Assembly: GCA_048941265.1 (NCBI GenBank)
Contig: JBHLNT010000152.1
Coordinates: 1-10,336, forward strand
Source: Promethearchaeota archaeon
GTDB lineage: Archaea; Asgardarchaeota; Lokiarchaeia; Sigyniarchaeales; SOKP01
Reading direction: 5' to 3'
DNA: 10,336 nt
The position numbers and the translations under genes are program-made. Positions 7,479 through 10,336 of the stretch are shown here, piece after piece. Numbering within the stretch: position 1 is the first letter of the stretch; each line of letters starts with the position of its first letter. Under the pieces are notes generated by a model. It ran no database searches and had not been told where the DNA came from. It saw nothing but the letters and a program-made list of their open reading frames with translations.

Positions 7479-9158
7479 TTAGATAAAATCCTGCAAATTC
7501 AATTCTAATGCAGATACAGGAAATTCTAATTTAAAATTTAATAAAACCTCTGGATGAATTTCACCAATTTCACCAATTTTTTTCCCATTTAAATATATAT
7601 CTCCATACCGGCCATCGATATATGTTTCATTTTTTCCTGGCTTTATTTCAAATTTATCAAAATATCCTAGCGAAAGCATTACAAAATCTAAAGTTGACCT
7701 AATTTCTGTGAAATCTGCATCATCGTGATATGAAACGGCAGATATGTGTAAATCTCTTGTTGCTCCAGTTTCTTCTCTAGGTCGTAATAATATTACATCT
7801 CCGACTTCGAAGATTCTTATTGGTTTTTCCTCTGATCTATTAAAAAGTAGAGTTTCCATTAATTTGGGTAAAATGTTTGTTCTTGTAGTATCAAATTCTC
7901 TTGATACTGGATTGGCGATTTGTAGGATCTTAGACTTCTTAAATTTTTTTCTCATATAGTTAAAATTTTTTTCAGAGTTTGTCAACATAAAATTTAAGAC
8001 CTCTAAATATCCGGCACCAATCATAATTTTTCTTAATTTATTTGCAAAGGATTCTATCGGATGATATTGCCCAATACATCCTTCTCTAATCGTTAACGGC
8101 AAATTGTAATATCCATATCCAATCGCACATTCTTCCGTAAAATCAACAGGATGTATTATATCACCTCGAAAAGCAGGAACCCAAATATCTAAATACCCCT
8201 TTTTTTTGGATTTTTTTGCATCCATTCTAACTTTTTTAAAACATTTAATCATTTCAGTGTCTGTCAAATTTAATCCAACATAATCATTTATATATTCAAT
8301 ATTTACTTCCCATTTTGTTGGATCTAAATTTGGTGTGATAATTTGACCCAAATCTCCTTGATAATTTACTTTAACACTTTCGATTTTTGCACCTGTATCA
8401 GCAAGCATAGTTGACAATATATTCAATGCTAGATTAATTGCTTTATAATCTGTACCCGTTATGTCTAAAAATAAATTTTTAGTGTCGTCCGTTACAGTTG
8501 TAAGGATCCCATTAATAATTGGCGGAAAAGAGATAACTTCATCTTTACTATCTAATAATACAGGATATACCTCTTTATTTTCTAATATATGGGCATATTC
8601 AATTCCTTTTTCATGTAATAGAAGAATCTCTTCTAAATTCATAGGATATCCATCACCATGTAAAGGAATAAAACTTATTGAGTCTGGCTTTACAGCAAGA
8701 TATCTGTATGGCGGGATAATTTTATCTAAATCATGGACACCGATCGCAACTTTCTTTCTATCCCTTCCAACAGCCCAATGTAGCTGTTCTTGAATATTCA
8801 TTAAAGTAGAAACTTCGTCTTCATCCAAATTAATATCCCTTATTACACCACAAACTATGTATGGTCTAACTCTATCTACACTAGAATCCACATTCATTTC
8901 AATATCTCCCGGAAAAATGGTATAAGAAGGTAATCCTAATTCCACTTCATAATAACCTTTAAGTGCTCGTGCTATTCCTTCTGGGCTTGAAAAATCAGGT
9001 CTATTTGGATTATATTCAACTTTAATTTTCTGTTCTTCTTCATCCACATCTTCTAAATCTAAGCTTATCCACTGTAAATCATATTCTAATTCTTTTATAT
9101 CTAATTTACGTCCAATTAATCTTTCTAATCTTTCAATTTTCAAATCTAATGTTGGCAT
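7479..9158 (-). CDS. pheT: Phenylalanine--tRNA ligase beta subunit, archaeal/eukaryotic short type (559 aa)
   Basis: Starts MPTL at ATG 9158. Motifs NPNRPD, QEQLHWAVGRDRKKVAIGVHDL, SFPPIING, RGDIIHPVDFTEECAIGYGY, FEVGDV and GEIHPEVL. It is too short to hold the bacterial B2 (OB) and B8 domains. Confidence 0.96.
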   Translation of the reverse strand: MPTLDLKIERLERLIGRKLDIKELEYDLQWISLDLEDVDEEEQKIKVEYNPNRPDFSSPEGIARALKGYYEVELGLPSYTIFPGDIEMNVDSSVDRVRPYIVCGVIRDINLDEDEVSTLMNIQEQLHWAVGRDRKKVAIGVHDLDKIIPPYRYLAVKPDSISFIPLHGDGYPMNLEEILLLHEKGIEYAHILENKEVYPVLLDSKDEVISFPPIINGILTTVTDDTKNLFLDITGTDYKAINLALNILSTMLADTGAKIESVKVNYQGDLGQIITPNLDPTKWEVNIEYINDYVGLNLTDTEMIKCFKKVRMDAKKSKKKGYLDIWVPAFRGDIIHPVDFTEECAIGYGYYNLPLTIREGCIGQYHPIESFANKLRKIMIGAGYLEVLNFMLTNSEKNFNYMRKKFKKSKILQIANPVSREFDTTRTNILPKLMETLLFNRSEEKPIRIFEVGDVILLRPREETGATRDLHISAVSYHDDADFTEIRSTLDFVMLSLGYFDKFEIKPGKNETYIDGRYGDIYLNGKKIGEIGEIHPEVLLNFKLEFPVSALELNLQDFI

Positions 9159-9163
9159 TTTTA

Positions 9164-9169
9164 CACCTC
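9164..9169 (-). promoter_or_regulatory. Shine-Dalgarno GAGGTG for pheT
   Basis: The minus strand reads TAA(pheS stop)-GAGGTG-TAAAA-ATG(pheT). This is a GAGGTG-type ribosome-binding site, common in archaea, 5 nt upstream of the start. Confidence 0.8.
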
Positions 9170-10336
9170 TTAGTATGATTCTTGCCTTAACCATTTAATC
9201 GGATTAATATATAAGTCTCGGATATCCTCCCGTCCAAATTTCAGCATAGCTAATCGTTCAAGACCTAAACCCCACGCGAGTACTCTTACTGGATTTTTAA
9301 TACCCCAGGGATACGTCACTTCCGGTCTAAATATTCCGGAACCTCCCATCTCTAACCATTCGCCTAATTTATCGTAATAAACCGCTATTTCCATACTAGG
9401 CTCGGTGTATGGAAAAAAACCGGGTCTAGTAATTACTTTTTCAAATCCAATCTTATTATAAAATTCTTTAATTACACCAATTAGATCACATAAAGTTACT
9501 CTCTCTCCAATAACAATTCCTTCTATTTGAGTAAATTCTGCTAAATGTGATTTATCAAGTTTTTCGTTTCTAAATACTCGATCAATTGAAAATACTTTAA
9601 TTGGTGGTACATCGTTATTTCTATAAAATTCTGCTAATCTTCTTATGGTTGTTGCGGTTGTGTGAGTTCTTAAAAGTGTTTTTTTAGCAATAGCTTCATC
9701 CCAATTATAGCCCCATCCTAAAGAGCCAGAATCTCCTCCATTTTCGTGAGTTTCTTTAACAGCTTTAACTCTATCCTTTTCTGGTAATTTTGCTATTTTG
9801 GGATTATCTAAATAAAATGTATCATGCATTTCTCGGGCAGGGTGATCTTGAGGTTGAAATAGGGCATCAAAATTAAAAAAGGCACTCTCAACAATAGGGC
9901 CTCTGATTTCTGTAAAACCTAATGAAATAAATATTTCTCTTATCTCATTTATTAAATTAACCATAGGATGTAATTTTCCAGCTTTCAATAATGGTCCTGG
10001 TTTAGTCACATCAAATGGCTTAAGATTATAATCTTTCCAAGTTCCCGAACTAAGCATTTCTGGAGTGATTTTACTGATTTGCATTAGTTCCTCCATTTCA
10101 TTTGGTTTTATTACTTTTCCCTTTTCAGTTAAAGAAATAATTCTTTGTGTTTTTTTTATTTTTTTAATAAACTTTCTTTTATTACAAATATTATACTGAG
10201 TTAATTCTTTTTTTGATAAATCTGAGTAATTGATTATATTATTTTTTTGAAATTTTTTTAAAAATTTCTCAAGGTCTGTTTCAGGAAATTTATCTGCCAC
10301 TAGAAAAATTGTATTCTCTCCAGTTGCTTTACTTTG
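9170..10336 (-). CDS. pheS: Phenylalanine--tRNA ligase alpha subunit, archaeal/eukaryotic type; 5' end lies beyond the window
   Basis: FNFDALFQPQDHPAREMHDTFY, LLRTHTT, SIDRVFRNE...HLAEFTQIEG, FFPYTEPS, EMGGSGIFRPE and AWGLGLERLAM. The frame stays open upstream of GTG 10300 to the window end (QSKATGENTIFL). Confidence 0.96.
   Translation of the reverse strand, partial: QSKATGENTIFLVADKFPETDLEKFLKKFQKNNIINYSDLSKKELTQYNICNKRKFIKKIKKTQRIISLTEKGKVIKPNEMEELMQISKITPEMLSSGTWKDYNLKPFDVTKPGPLLKAGKLHPMVNLINEIREIFISLGFTEIRGPIVESAFFNFDALFQPQDHPAREMHDTFYLDNPKIAKLPEKDRVKAVKETHENGGDSGSLGWGYNWDEAIAKKTLLRTHTTATTIRRLAEFYRNNDVPPIKVFSIDRVFRNEKLDKSHLAEFTQIEGIVIGERVTLCDLIGVIKEFYNKIGFEKVITRPGFFPYTEPSMEIAVYYDKLGEWLEMGGSGIFRPEVTYPWGIKNPVRVLAWGLGLERLAMLKFGREDIRDLYINPIKWLRQESY

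Noticed and set aside
7744-7959. 71-aa antisense ORF
   Set aside because: Shadow of pheT.
8461-8793. 110-aa antisense ORF
   Set aside because: Shadow of pheT with no independent motifs.
9159-9194. Longer pheT start given in the ORF track (MVKARIILRGVK...)
   Set aside because: It overlaps the pheS 3' end. ATG 9158 has a good SD and gives the typical MPT N-terminus.
10298-10300. GTG at 10300 as the pheS start
   Set aside because: The frame stays open to the window edge and archaeal-type PheS is usually longer, so the real start is probably outside the window.
1-10336. CRISPR array, tRNA/rRNA, transposase, and specific TATA/BRE promoter or oligo-T terminator calls
   Set aside because: I saw no regularly spaced repeats, GC-rich structured RNA or transposase motifs. 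TATA-like and T-rich runs are too frequent here to single out without transcript data.

Overview
This is a very AT-rich window (by eye under 30% GC) that looks archaeal. The evidence is an archaeal/eukaryote-type phenylalanyl-tRNA synthetase pair (pheS truncated at the right edge, short pheT) and a GAGGTG ribosome-binding site; an Asgard/Lokiarchaeia-like origin is my inference, not proven. Four housekeeping genes lie on the minus strand: pheS, pheT, pheA (chorismate mutase-prephenate dehydratase) and a bacterial-type RNase PH. They are interleaved with surface-glycosylation genes: a GT4 glycosyltransferase running off the left edge (absent from the ORF track), a GDP-mannose 4,6-dehydratase-like SDR, a SAM-methyltransferase-like protein, a polytopic GT87/DUF2029-like GT-C transferase and a DPM1-like GT2. 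Four observations stand out. (1) A decayed GtrA-family flippase fragment with an in-frame TGA is hidden between the GT87-like and DPM1-like genes, suggesting a gtrABC-like lipid-linked glycosylation module. (2) The RNase PH is bacterial-type in an archaeal context. (3) The glycosylation module appears inserted between pheT and pheA. (4) A perfect 14-bp inverted repeat sits at the module's left edge. I saw no rRNA, tRNA, CRISPR array or transposase.
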